Shown here: piece after piece, positions 21,060 to 31,520 of the stretch | Numbering within the stretch: position 1 is the first letter of the stretch | Layout of the letters: every line of letters starts with the position of its first letter | Sequence record: OZ345387.1 | DNA length: 32,000 nucleotides | Strand: one strand, 5' to 3' | Position numbers and translations under genes: made by a program | The notes under the pieces: model-generated | What the model was told of the DNA's origin: nothing | Database searches by the model: none | Seen by the model: only the letters and a program-made list of their open reading frames with translations

Positions 21060-22010
21060 TTAGAGTAGCCAGCCATAGCTATGTAATCCTTTGCCTAAAA
21101 AATTAACACCTAGATAGCAAATCCAAACAATAAAAAAACCAATTGATGCTAATATGGCAGGTTTTTTACCTTTCCAAGATTTGTTAAGTCTGGAGTGTAA
21201 ATATGAAGCAAATATTAGCCATGTAATTAGTGCCCAAGTTTCTTTTGGATCCCAACTCCAATAAGATCCCCATGCCTCATTTGCCCATACAGCACCAGCA
21301 ATTATTCCAATAGTTAAAAGAGGAAAGCCTAATCCAATAATTCGGTAACTGAGATTATCAATACTCTCGAGCAGATTTAGTTTTGAGTTTTGTGGGGTTT
21401 TATTATTAATAATTTTATTGTTATTAAGTTTATATCTAGGATTTAACGAGCTGATATTTAGTGATTTGGATGTAGTTTTATGAGTTGAGCTACCTTGAAT
21501 TTCGATTTTATTATCTTTTGCAATAATAAGAAATAAGATTGATAATAAAGATCCAATAATTAGTGTTGCATAGCTGATCATCATAATTGTGACGTGCATC
21601 ATAAGCCAATTAGAACGTAATGCAGGAACAAGTGGAGAAGCTTGTTGCATGTCAGATGGTAAAGAAAAACTTGCGAAAGCAATAATAAATAGACACAAAG
21701 GTGTATTTATTGACCCAATAATTTGACTATTATTTTTGCTTTCTAATATTATGTGAGTAAATGTAAGACTCCAGGTTAAAAAAAGAAGAGACTCATAAAG
21801 ATTACTAAGAGGAAAATATTTATTTAGTATCCACCTAGATAGTAGTGCAATAAATAAACATGTATTTGTTAATATTGTGCATGTTATACCTACTTTATTT
21901 AGTCTTTTAAAATTAGGAAAAGCTAGGCTTGACCAATAGACTATTAGCCCCACTAATAGTAGACCAAAAGATATATTGACAAAAAAATTCTCTAATAGAT
22001 TCCAATCCAT
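21060..22010 (-). CDS. ccsA: Cytochrome c biogenesis protein CcsA (ycf5)
   Basis: 316 aa polytopic membrane protein with the tryptophan-rich heme-handling motif [23 protein letters not shown]. Confidence 0.93.
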   Translation of the reverse strand: MDWNLLENFFVNISFGLLLVGLIVYWSSLAFPNFKRLNKVGITCTILTNTCLFIALLSRWILNKYFPLSNLYESLLFLTWSLTFTHIILESKNNSQIIGSINTPLCLFIIAFASFSLPSDMQQASPLVPALRSNWLMMHVTIMMISYATLIIGSLLSILFLIIAKDNKIEIQGSSTHKTTSKSLNISSLNPRYKLNNNKIINNKTPQNSKLNLLESIDNLSYRIIGLGFPLLTIGIIAGAVWANEAWGSYWSWDPKETWALITWLIFASYLHSRLNKSWKGKKPAILASIGFFIVWICYLGVNFLGKGLHSYGWLL

Positions 22011-22064
22011 AATAGCTCCATTGATTTTTAAAAGTAATTATATGATGGTATTTCTATTATATAT

Positions 22065-22105
22065 AAAAAAAGATAACTTAGGTTAAACCTCAGTTATCTT
22101 TTTTT
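22065..22105 (-). terminator. Hairpin downstream of cpeA
   Basis: aaaaaaagataact (22065-22078) pairs with agttatcttttttt (22092-22105). The A/T runs flank both sides, so it could work as an intrinsic terminator in either direction. It lies 15 nt past the cpeA stop. Confidence 0.6.
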
Positions 22106-22119
22106 TATAGTTTATTAAT

Positions 22120-22665
<546 letters not shown>

Positions 22666-22696
22666 TTATAAGTTACTTAACTGCACTGAACACCAA

Positions 22697-23269
<573 letters not shown>

Positions 23270-23433
23270 TCAGCTGTTAATTTTTATACAGCCTGATGTA
23301 TTAGTATCGTGCATGAAATATAATACATTTATTAGTTTATAACTATAACAAAGTAATATTCTGTAATATTCAGATTTATTAATTATAATAAAGTATAAAA
23401 TCCTTTTTTGTAAGAGATCGATTATTGATTCAA

Positions 23434-23979
23434 CTAGTACGGTATTTTATTGATTTTTCTTGCATATTCAAACATTCCTCCAGCATTTATAATATCTACT
23501 AAACTACCAAGGTCTTTTGATTGCACGCGAGTTTTTTTGTCTGGTAATATAATCTCATTTGTATCAGGATTAATTTCAATAGTATCACCAGTTTTTATAA
23601 GTTTGTATAAACTTTTGGTAGTTTGTACAGGTAGTATCTCACCCGTAGAAATACAGTTCCGAAAGAAGATTCTTGCAAAAGAATCAGCTATAACAGCACG
23701 AATTCCTGAAGCACCTAATGCTATTGGTGCATGTTCTCTTGAGGAACCACAACCAAAATTTGTACCAGCAATAATTATTTGATAATAAGATTTTCCAGTA
23801 TCTTTATTTATAAATGGTACACTATTATCAGATAAACCAGACATAGCTAAAGACCCAAGTTCTTCATATCCTTCTTTAGTTGCGGGATTGATTTTCATAA
23901 ACTCAGCTGTTAAAATTTGATCTGTATTAATATCATTCTCTAAAATATATACTTGTCCCTTAATATATTTATTTTTCAT
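23434..23979 (-). CDS. leuD: 3-isopropylmalate dehydratase small subunit (short, type-2-like form)
   Basis: 181 aa. N-terminus KGQVYILENDINTDQI and GTNFGCGSSREHAPIAL (aconitase swivel-domain motif). It lies 36 nt downstream of leuC on the same strand. Confidence 0.9.
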   Translation of the reverse strand: MKNKYIKGQVYILENDINTDQILTAEFMKINPATKEGYEELGSLAMSGLSDNSVPFINKDTGKSYYQIIIAGTNFGCGSSREHAPIALGASGIRAVIADSFARIFFRNCISTGEILPVQTTKSLYKLIKTGDTIEINPDTNEIILPDKKTRVQSKDLGSLVDIINAGGMFEYARKINKIPY

Positions 23980-24015
23980 GTTTTATGTTTTAATATTTTG
24001 TTTATCATAATGATG

Positions 24016-25311
24016 TTATATAAAATCTTTAGGATTTGTTATGTATCCAGTAATAGCTGTAGCAGCTACTGACAATGGTGAGCCGAGGTAAATTTTTGCT
24101 GTTTTATCTCCCATACGTCCGCTGAAATTTCTATTTGTTGTTGATATGACAGACATAGAACTATTTATTCTTCCAAAAGTATCTATTGGACCACCGCAAC
24201 AAGCAGCACAGCTTGGTTCAGATGTCATCTTGACACCTGCGTCTACTAAAATCTCGTATACAGATTTTGGTCCTATTTGCTGATTAATAATATCATAAAA
24301 TACTTGTTTTGTTGCTGGCACCCCAAAAGTTTCAATTGTAACTTTTCTGTTGTTCAGTAATTGTGCAGCTGCAAAAAAATCTGAACTTTTGCCTCCAGTG
24401 CAGCTTCCTATGTAAGCTCTATCAATTTTTTCTCCTTCAATATTAATGATACTATCAACATTATCAGGAGAATGTGGTTTTGCTATTTGTGATTGTAGAT
24501 TAGTCAAATCATATTCTAAAGTCTTCGTATAATTTGCAGATTTATCAGGTTCGATAATCTCGAAGTTTTTTATATTAGATCTTTCTTTAACATATTCAAT
24601 TGTTTTAGTATTCGGTACAATAATTCCGTTTTTAGCTCCAGCTTCAATGACCATATTGCATAAAGTCATTCTGTCTTCAACAGTCATATGTTCAATTACT
24701 TCACCTGAAAATTCAATCGTTTGATAAGTGGCTCCTTGGGTAGTTAAATCTTTTAATAGTAATAGAATTAAATCTTTTGCCATGATATGTTCATCCATTT
24801 TCCCATGGAAAATCACTTTAATTGTTTCTGGAACACGTAATAAAATTTCTCCTGTTCCTAATATAAAAGCAGCGTCGGTATTACCTACTCCAATAGCAAA
24901 TGTTCCGAACGCACCACTTGTAACAGTATGAGAATCTGTACCAACTAAGACTTCACCAGGCCTATTATGACCTTCTTGTGCTAATGCAATATGACATACT
25001 CCTTTGTAATTATCACTTTTAGGATCATAAAAATAAGTGTGACCTTGTTCTTCTGCAAATTCTCGCATCATATCAACATTTGCGTTAGCTTTTTTATCAG
25101 AAGTGAAAATAAAATGATCTGGTATCATAATATGTTTATTCTTATCCCATATTTTTGCTTGACTACCAAATTCTTTTTTAAAAATACTAATTACTCCCGG
25201 TGAGCATGGATCGTGAGTCATTAAAATATTTACTTTAGACCAAACCGTTTGTCCTGATTGAGTGAAAAGATTTTTGCTTGACTTTGCTAAAATTTTTTCT
25301 GACATTGTCAT
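24016..25311 (-). CDS. leuC: 3-isopropylmalate dehydratase large subunit (short, type-2-like form)
   Basis: Aconitase-family motifs are present: GTDSHT, GSCTGG, and PSCAACCGG, NRNFSGRMG (Fe-S cysteines). The track ORF begins at a TTG at 25383. The ATG at 25311 gives MTMSEKILAKSS..., the usual start of short-form LeuC (about 431 aa). Confidence 0.9.
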   Translation of the reverse strand: MTMSEKILAKSSKNLFTQSGQTVWSKVNILMTHDPCSPGVISIFKKEFGSQAKIWDKNKHIMIPDHFIFTSDKKANANVDMMREFAEEQGHTYFYDPKSDNYKGVCHIALAQEGHNRPGEVLVGTDSHTVTSGAFGTFAIGVGNTDAAFILGTGEILLRVPETIKVIFHGKMDEHIMAKDLILLLLKDLTTQGATYQTIEFSGEVIEHMTVEDRMTLCNMVIEAGAKNGIIVPNTKTIEYVKERSNIKNFEIIEPDKSANYTKTLEYDLTNLQSQIAKPHSPDNVDSIINIEGEKIDRAYIGSCTGGKSSDFFAAAQLLNNRKVTIETFGVPATKQVFYDIINQQIGPKSVYEILVDAGVKMTSEPSCAACCGGPIDTFGRINSSMSVISTTNRNFSGRMGDKTAKIYLGSPLSVAATAITGYITNPKDFI

Positions 25312-25675
25312 TGGTTGTTTAATAATCATTCTTAAATATAATATAAAAGCTTTTGAGTAAGTTATTTTTAAGGCTTCATTCAAGTAAGCAATTGAATACT
25401 TAAATTGGAAGACCGTTTTATAATCAAATTATATATGCTATTTTAGAATATTAAAAAAAATAAGATAATAGAGAAATCAATTCAAAATAAGGAGAACCAG
25501 ATAACTTTTAAATTAATTTATTGTAATTATTTGTATATAAATAAGAATTTATATATTGTTTTTAGTTTATTGTAGCTAGTTTCTGAGTTTAATTGAGTTT
25601 CTAATAAGATGTAACTAATTATTTGTGGTAGAATTACTTTATATTAATTGTTGATCTGTTTATCCTTATCTTTTT

Positions 25676-25849
25676 TTAAAGATTAGAATTTTGTATAAAG
25701 TATTTGATAATATTATCTTTTATCATCATTTGTCTTAATGTAGCCATTAGATATTTTTTAGATTCTTTAGAATCTAGTTTTGTTAATTGTTTCTTATAGT
25801 TGGCTAATTTGAATTCCTGCTCTAAACTTAACTCATTAGATCCATTCAT
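25676..25849 (-). CDS. nblA: Phycobilisome degradation protein NblA (ycf18)
   Basis: Minus-strand hand translation gives MNGSNELSLEQEFKLANYKKQLTKLDSKESKKYLMATLRQMMIKDNIIKYFIQNSNL* (57 aa). The LSLEQEF and LRQMMIKDN motifs are typical of NblA. Not in the ORF track. Confidence 0.85.
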   Translation of the reverse strand: MNGSNELSLEQEFKLANYKKQLTKLDSKESKKYLMATLRQMMIKDNIIKYFIQNSNL

Positions 25850-26090
25850 TTTTAAGCCTTCTTTTAATTATTTAATTAAGATTAATAATAGCATAACCTA
25901 TACTAGGATTTATTGTGTTATTTGTTTTTAGTTAGATTGTATTAGTGTAAAATAAATTACTTTATAGTAATGAGCAGTGTCTTATATGTGAATAATTTTA
26001 ATCAATTTGTTTTATTTTGCACAATTTAGCATATATTGATATATATATATTTATTTATTCTATGTAAGAGCATAGCCCTGGAGAATTACT

Positions 26091-26792
26091 ATGTCTATTC
26101 CAATTTTAAGATATTCCTTAACAACTCAAAATCAAAGAGTCAACGGTTTTGAGACAAATCCTGGTGAAGAACAGCCCAAAATTTATACAACAGATAACTT
26201 GCCTACAGCATTTGAGATGGACGAAATTATTTGGGCTTGTTATCGTCAAATTTTTAGTGAGCATCAAATTTTAAGTAGTACTAAGGATCCATTTTTAGAG
26301 TCTCAATTAAGATTTAATCAAATAAAAATTAAAGATTTTATTGTCTCATTGTTGTTATCAGATTCTTTTAGACATTTAAATTATGATGTTAATAATAATT
26401 ATCGTATTGTAGAAATGTGTTTACAAAGAGTGCTTGGACGTGATGTTTATAATGAACGGGAGAAATTAGCATTTGCTGTTATTGTTGCTGATAAAGGTTT
26501 AGAAGCTTTTATCGATTTATTAGTTAATAGTGATGAGTATGCAGAAAATTTTGGAGAAACGATAGTTCCATATCAAAGAAGACGTATTATAGCACAAAGA
26601 AGTAAGGGTGAAATCCCATTCAATTTAAAAACACCACGTTTAACAGAGTCTTATTCAATCAAGCAAAATTCAGCACAATTATTATCCTCTACAGCAGTGC
26701 GTAAATTTAGGCCTCAAGAGCAGTCCCCTAGAGCCGGAGATCCAGCATTATTTTTAGCAATGGTTAATGAAGTTTCACCACTAGCTGTATAG
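26091..26792 (+). CDS. cpcG: Phycobilisome rod-core linker polypeptide
   Basis: 233 aa with a PBS-linker domain: IIWACYRQIFSEHQIL, ESQLRFNQIKIKDFI, NYRIVEMCLQRVLGRDVYNEREK, SDEYAENFGETIVPYQRRR. Confidence 0.92.
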   Translation: MSIPILRYSLTTQNQRVNGFETNPGEEQPKIYTTDNLPTAFEMDEIIWACYRQIFSEHQILSSTKDPFLESQLRFNQIKIKDFIVSLLLSDSFRHLNYDVNNNYRIVEMCLQRVLGRDVYNEREKLAFAVIVADKGLEAFIDLLVNSDEYAENFGETIVPYQRRRIIAQRSKGEIPFNLKTPRLTESYSIKQNSAQLLSSTAVRKFRPQEQSPRAGDPALFLAMVNEVSPLAV

Positions 26793-26817
26793 ATTTTGAT
26801 TTTTTGTTTATTTCATT

Positions 26818-26854
26818 AGAGTCCATAGAATTATCAGTTTATTCTATGAGCTCT
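26818..26854. terminator. Hairpin between convergent cpcG (+) and ycf20 (-)
   Basis: agagtccatagaat (26818-26831) pairs with attctatgagctct (26841-26854). The core 8 bp is perfect, with two mismatches in the extension. Confidence 0.5.
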
Positions 26855-26870
26855 AACTGAATTTGTTTGT

Positions 26871-27233
26871 TTAACTACCTAATTTAAAGGCATCGACAAA
26901 CAGACCATACAAAATTCCAATTTTGATGCTATTGCAATATTTTAGCCATGTTTGCGGTAATAAATGACTATTCTTGAAATAATATATTCTATGTTTTTGG
27001 TATACTATTTTACTTATGATTTCTTGATTTGTTACTATAATTGCTGCAGCTATAATACCCCAATCTCCAGTCTGGGCAGGGATTGTAGATAGAGTAGTGG
27101 AAATAAAAAATCCTAATAATATATTTAATAATTGAATACTTAAATAATTTAATTTAAAATTTATAAAATTCACGAAATAATCAAAATTTAAATTAATTTG
27201 TATTTCTAAATTTGTTTTAGGTATATATTTCAT
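26871..27233 (-). CDS. ycf20: Conserved plastid membrane ORF ycf20 (DUF565)
   Basis: 120 aa. TGDWGIIAAAIIV and the C-terminal GILYGLFVDAFKLGS match the Ycf20 family pattern as I remember it. Confidence 0.7.
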   Translation of the reverse strand: MKYIPKTNLEIQINLNFDYFVNFINFKLNYLSIQLLNILLGFFISTTLSTIPAQTGDWGIIAAAIIVTNQEIISKIVYQKHRIYYFKNSHLLPQTWLKYCNSIKIGILYGLFVDAFKLGS

Positions 27234-27274
27234 TTCTATATTGAGTACTAAAAAATCCGTATAATAGGCCTAAA

Positions 27275-27784
27275 TTATATATCTTGTTCACTAATAGCTT
27301 GTATAAGATACTGAAAAGGTTGGCTGATTAATATTTTATTAATATCATAAATAGCACTTATTTCTTCTTGTAAGATTTCTTGTAAAATTTGTATACTTCG
27401 TGCTGTTGGTGCTATAGGTACACCTAAAGAATTATATGTATCTTTTAAACCATCTAAAACCCGTTCATTCAGAATATTATTACTTCCTGCGATCAGTGCA
27501 TAGCTAGCATATCTTAAGTAGTATTCAAGATCTCTTAAGCATGCTGCATATCTTCTTGTCGTATAAGAATTTCCACCTGGGCGCAATAATTCAGGTTGTT
27601 CATTATATAATTGTATAGAAGCCTCTTTTATTATTTTAGATGCTTTACTATTTATAAATTCTATTGCTTTTATTCTATCTAGACCAGTATCAAAGTAAGC
27701 TTGTAGCTCTTTAATGGCTGTAAAATCAAGATATTTACCTGTTAAGTCATATTTGTTTAAAACATTTGTAATAGCATCTTGCAT
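27275..27784 (-). CDS. apcF: Allophycocyanin beta-18 subunit
   Basis: 169 aa, [50 protein letters not shown]. It is allophycocyanin beta-like, but its N-terminus and standalone position are typical of ApcF. Confidence 0.85.
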   Translation of the reverse strand: MQDAITNVLNKYDLTGKYLDFTAIKELQAYFDTGLDRIKAIEFINSKASKIIKEASIQLYNEQPELLRPGGNSYTTRRYAACLRDLEYYLRYASYALIAGSNNILNERVLDGLKDTYNSLGVPIAPTARSIQILQEILQEEISAIYDINKILISQPFQYLIQAISEQDI

Positions 27785-27966
27785 AAATTAAATCTCTAAA
27801 AATATTGATAGTATTAGGTTAAACTTCTCTAAACTTTAATTAGTTTTGTATCTATCCATTTAATATACTTTATTTTAATTACTCTATGTTATAAAGTTGA
27901 TAGCTTTTAACATATTCTATTTATATTATTTTAAATACTTTTATTATTACTAATTGATTATGCTGT

Positions 27967-28266
27967 ATGAAAAGAATGAAATATAATAACAAAATTACAA
28001 AGAAAATTATATACAATGATTATTGTGTTATTACTGTAGAGAATAGATTTATTATTTGTTCATACTTTAGATTGTCTCAATTTGCTTTTGACCAATACTA
28101 TCAAATTGATTTATACTCGTCTTCAGCAGACTTATTGTTCAATTTAATAAATCAGCATAATTGTTTATCTCAATGTATTTCTTTAAGCCACGCTTTATAC
28201 TTAGGCAAGGAAATTTATAAAGCTGAATTATCGAGAAATTTATTCCAGATATATATACAAGCATAA
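27967..28266 (+). CDS. Small conserved ORF, DUF4346-like (possibly the red-algal ycf91)
   Basis: 99 aa. DYCVITVENRFII, SHALYLGKEIYKAEL, IYIQA resembles the GYFvI, HAaYLGrELakAE, YvQD pattern of DUF4346 proteins. The family name is recalled from memory, not searched. Confidence 0.45.
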   Translation: MKRMKYNNKITKKIIYNDYCVITVENRFIICSYFRLSQFAFDQYYQIDLYSSSADLLFNLINQHNCLSQCISLSHALYLGKEIYKAELSRNLFQIYIQA

Positions 28267-28418
28267 ATTAATTATTTCTTGGAAATTTAGAGAATTATAT
28301 CTATTTTAAGTAATTATAAGACTTCATGAAAGTTAAGTTTTATCTTAGTTTACTTTTTGTTATTAACTATAAAATAATTAATCTTTTTTAATTGTACTAT
28401 AAATAATAGTTTTGATTT

Positions 28419-28727
28419 TTATATAATCCGTCTGCTCGAATTTATTCGTTTTATACTATAAATTTCATTGGTTTTTTCAAAAAGTGTTTTAGAATTATTG
28501 AACTTCATTTTTTTAAGTATATAATTTAAATATTTTGCAAGTTCTTTAAAATTACTTAGGTGACTATATTTTACATAAATTCTACCAAAGTTCAGTATAT
28601 CTTCATCTGTAAAGTTTGATTGTTTTAAAAGTTTAAAAAATAGATGTTTATCTTTATACCATGATGGATAATAATAAAGTTCTTTTTTAAGCTTATATAG
28701 ATTAATATAATTATTATGTTCGTTCAT
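28419..28727 (-). CDS. Hypothetical protein, 102 aa, Lys/Asn/Tyr-rich, no recognised motif
   Basis: Only an open frame in AT-rich DNA and non-overlap with neighbours. At this base composition a 102-codon open frame by chance is uncommon but possible. Confidence 0.4.
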   Translation of the reverse strand: MNEHNNYINLYKLKKELYYYPSWYKDKHLFFKLLKQSNFTDEDILNFGRIYVKYSHLSNFKELAKYLNYILKKMKFNNSKTLFEKTNEIYSIKRINSSRRII

Positions 28728-28744
28728 ATGTAATAATTTTTTTA

Positions 28745-28817
28745 GAGCATGTAACTCAGTGGATAGAGTATCAGATTCCGATTCTGATGGTCGCTGGTTC
28801 GAATCCAGTCTTGCTCA
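28745..28817 (+). tRNA. trnR: tRNA-Arg (anticodon CCG)
   Basis: 73 nt: D arm ACTC-AGTGGATA-GAGT, anticodon arm TCAGA-TTCCGAT-TCTGA, T arm GCTGG-TTCGAAT-CCAGT. The acceptor stem GAGCATG/CTTGCTC has one T-T mismatch at 6:67. Confidence 0.85.
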
Positions 28818-28898
28818 TCTGGAACAGAGATTTTAGTCAGTTGACTTGATCATTATTATAATTTACACTATTTTAGTGTACTATTGAAAATTTTATAA

Positions 28899-29256
28899 GG
28901 GGCTGATTGGTTTCTACATACAATTGATTACTATAGGTCATAGAATATTAGATAGAGCTTAATTTATTAATTTAATCTCTAATATAAATCCAAAACATCA
29001 AATTATTCCTTTTTCTTTAAATAAGGTTTTAGCTTAGTTCCTTCTTATATTATTGAGTGTCAAACAGAATATCTTGTTTTTGTTTGATTAATACATTCAA
29101 GATACTCTTAAGTATTCAAACTTAGGCAAAAGTTTTTTTCTTGAATATATTTTGTTAATTTCTTTTTTATGGTATTTATTTAATTAAAGATAAATTATCA
29201 TAATTAACTTATATAACTCGTTGTTATGGACGTGGGTTCGAATCCCACCAGCTCCA
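28899..29256 (+). ncRNA. ssrA: tmRNA (ssrA)
   Basis: The 5' end GGGGCTGATTGGTTTC pairs with the 3' tRNA-like end GGACGTGGGTTCGAATCCCACCAGCTCCA (acceptor GGGGCTG/CAGCTCC, T arm GTGGG-TTCGAAT-CCCAC). An internal short frame ends in ...IIPFSLNKVLA followed by TAG at 29035-29037, a typical degradation-tag ending. Confidence 0.88.
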
Positions 29257-29463
29257 TCAAGATTTTATAAAATACTAAATTATAGCTAAATTAGTGTTAG
29301 TTAATCATAAATCTCAAATTAGTAGTTTGATATTTTAGTTGATAGAATAATTAACTAATATTTATTATAATAAAATGTCTTATATAAAATTATACAGACT
29401 GTAGAACATGGCAATAAATTCATCTATCCTTTATACAATTATTCTTTTTCATGAGAACTTTTC

Positions 29464-30834
29464 ATGATTTTATTTAACTTAATCTTTGCACAAAATATTT
29501 CAGAATTTCCAGACCATTTTTTGGTTAAAATTAATAGTCAAGTAAAAATTGAAGATCATACCTATAAAAAAAATACAAAATACTTGTCTACCTTACCATG
29601 TCTAATTTCAAATGTTGATTTTTTGACTAAATCAAAAGATCACTTAGCTGATAAAGAATTAATATCTAATAATTTATTTAAAAGATTATTAAATAAGTTT
29701 TGGCAACAAACAATTTTTTTATCTGTTCCGACTAAATTATCTGATAAGTATACTGCCCAACTAAATTCTTTAAATTTAGTTAAAGATAAAGTTAACCAAA
29801 AAAAATTTCTGTCTGAATTTAGTAGATCACTTATTGATGGTTCTATTGAATCATCCTTATCAAAAGAGCGATTCAATGATTATAGATATTCTTCTATTAA
29901 GTATATTTGGCGAAAAGGGTTTAATCCAAAATATTTTGTGAATTGGAACTTACTATTTCCGAATGCAAATCAAAAATCCTCACAGAAAATTCAAAAAAGA
30001 TCAGGAGATCCATTAAAAATAAGAAATTTTCCCTTATTTATAGTTACTAATCATTTGGGTCAAATGGTTATTGCTGAACCACCTGGATTATCATATGTAA
30101 GCAAAAGTATTATAAATCTATTCCCGAATCAATCAAGTTTGAGGCCTCTCTATCAGGGTTGGTTTTTTGTTAGTAACCAAGATGCACAAGAATATCTACG
30201 GCATATTAAAAAACAGTATCGTATAGCTGATACTAATAATAAACTAAAAATATTTACATGTAACTTGGAAACTTTTTATAAGCTTTCACATAATTCTAGA
30301 AATACTGTCCAATTTCGATTAGTACCGGATTTACATGAAATTGGTGAATTAGTTACTAAATATAGTTCTTATAATAGTATTGTATTTGATGAAAATCAAA
30401 ATCATGGTAAAGATTATTTTCAAGGTCAACCAATTTATACTATCCTGAATAGCAGTAGTGATTATTATTATCAAGTTCCTAATGATAAACAAAAGATGAA
30501 GTACAAACCTGTTTTTACTAGTTATGAAACAGCAGTATCTTCATGGGATAATTTTGTTAAAAACCAAGGACATTCTAAGATATTAAAATATCCTAAGTTT
30601 CTGGTATATAATTTAGAAGATTTTTTAGAATCTAAAATAAATGACTCTAGTCAGAATCAATTACCTTTTATATTCATTCCATCTAAAAATTCTTATGAAT
30701 TTATTAAAAATAGTAAATTAAAACAAACTCCGCACATTATCTATGAGAATGTTTTTACTTATTTTTCTTACTTCAAGTTGTGGACAAAAAGAGTTTTATG
30801 GTCTTTGACCAGTAGACAGTCTCATGATTGGTGA
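29464..30834 (+). CDS. Large conserved-looking plastid ORF of unknown function (456 aa); possibly ycf80, with Tic22-like repeated motifs
   Basis: A long open frame in AT-rich DNA. Repeated segments FPLFIVTNHLGQMVIAEPP, QPIYTILNSSSDYYYQV and LPFIFIPSKNSYEFI resemble the PvFti.n..G motif of Tic22-like proteins. The ycf80 name is a memory-based guess. Confidence 0.55.
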   Translation: MILFNLIFAQNISEFPDHFLVKINSQVKIEDHTYKKNTKYLSTLPCLISNVDFLTKSKDHLADKELISNNLFKRLLNKFWQQTIFLSVPTKLSDKYTAQLNSLNLVKDKVNQKKFLSEFSRSLIDGSIESSLSKERFNDYRYSSIKYIWRKGFNPKYFVNWNLLFPNANQKSSQKIQKRSGDPLKIRNFPLFIVTNHLGQMVIAEPPGLSYVSKSIINLFPNQSSLRPLYQGWFFVSNQDAQEYLRHIKKQYRIADTNNKLKIFTCNLETFYKLSHNSRNTVQFRLVPDLHEIGELVTKYSSYNSIVFDENQNHGKDYFQGQPIYTILNSSSDYYYQVPNDKQKMKYKPVFTSYETAVSSWDNFVKNQGHSKILKYPKFLVYNLEDFLESKINDSSQNQLPFIFIPSKNSYEFIKNSKLKQTPHIIYENVFTYFSYFKLWTKRVLWSLTSRQSHDW

Positions 30835-30862
30835 TAATGCGCTAAAATCTAAATACGTGAAT

Positions 30863-31468
30863 CTATTTTCTTGAGTAGTATTCAACAATTAGCAATTCGT
30901 TTAATTGTAGAGCTACCCATTCTCTTTCAATAATTCCATTGATTTTACCTAATAATTTATTTTTATCTAATTCTAAATGATTAGGTATATTGGCTAAGCC
31001 AGGATAATTTAGGTATGTCTTAATAAGCTTTTTTGATGTATTGTTTTCTTTGGCTTGTATTAAATCACCTGGTTTACATTGGTAGCTACAAATATTAAGA
31101 GTTTTGTTATTAACAGTAATATGCCCATGATTTACTAATTGTCTTGCTGCAGGTATAGTAGGCGCTAAGCCTAGTCTAAATACAGTATTATCTAATCTCA
31201 TTTCTAGTATTTGTAATAGAATTGAGCCTGTAGATCCTTGGGCTTTTTTAGCTATCTTAATATACTTGAATAATTGTTTCTCACTAATACCATAATTGAA
31301 TCTTAGTTTTTGTTTTTCTTCTAAACGTACTGCATATTCAGAAGGTTTTTTAGATTTTTGACCTTGTTCGCCAGGAGGAGAAACTTTTTTTGATGTTTTG
31401 CGTGTTAAACCAGGTAATTCGCCTAATTTTCTACAGATTTTTAATCTTGGACCTCTATAACGAGACAT
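30863..31468 (-). CDS. rps4: 30S ribosomal protein S4
   Basis: 201 aa, [38 protein letters not shown]4 domain [30 protein letters not shown]. Confidence 0.96.
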   Translation of the reverse strand: MSRYRGPRLKICRKLGELPGLTRKTSKKVSPPGEQGQKSKKPSEYAVRLEEKQKLRFNYGISEKQLFKYIKIAKKAQGSTGSILLQILEMRLDNTVFRLGLAPTIPAARQLVNHGHITVNNKTLNICSYQCKPGDLIQAKENNTSKKLIKTYLNYPGLANIPNHLELDKNKLLGKINGIIEREWVALQLNELLIVEYYSRK

Positions 31469-31520
31469 AAGTAGTTCCTTAAAATAATTGTAAATAATAA
31501 GTTTGATGCAATAGTAAATT

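Noticed and set aside
21420-21560. Asn/Lys/Ser-rich low-complexity insertion in ccsA (…[39 protein letters not shown]…)
   Set aside because: It lies in the soluble loop before the WWD motif. I take it to be a variable loop and attribute the composition to AT-bias expansion rather than a separate feature.
23450-25203. Plus-strand ORFs 23450-23782, 24728-24931 and 24991-25203 inside leuD/leuC
   Set aside because: They are antisense shadow ORFs of the aconitase-family genes, with no motifs.
29640-29876. 78 aa minus-strand ORF inside the 456 aa ORF
   Set aside because: It is antisense to the longer frame. The long frame is far less likely to be open by chance in AT-rich DNA.
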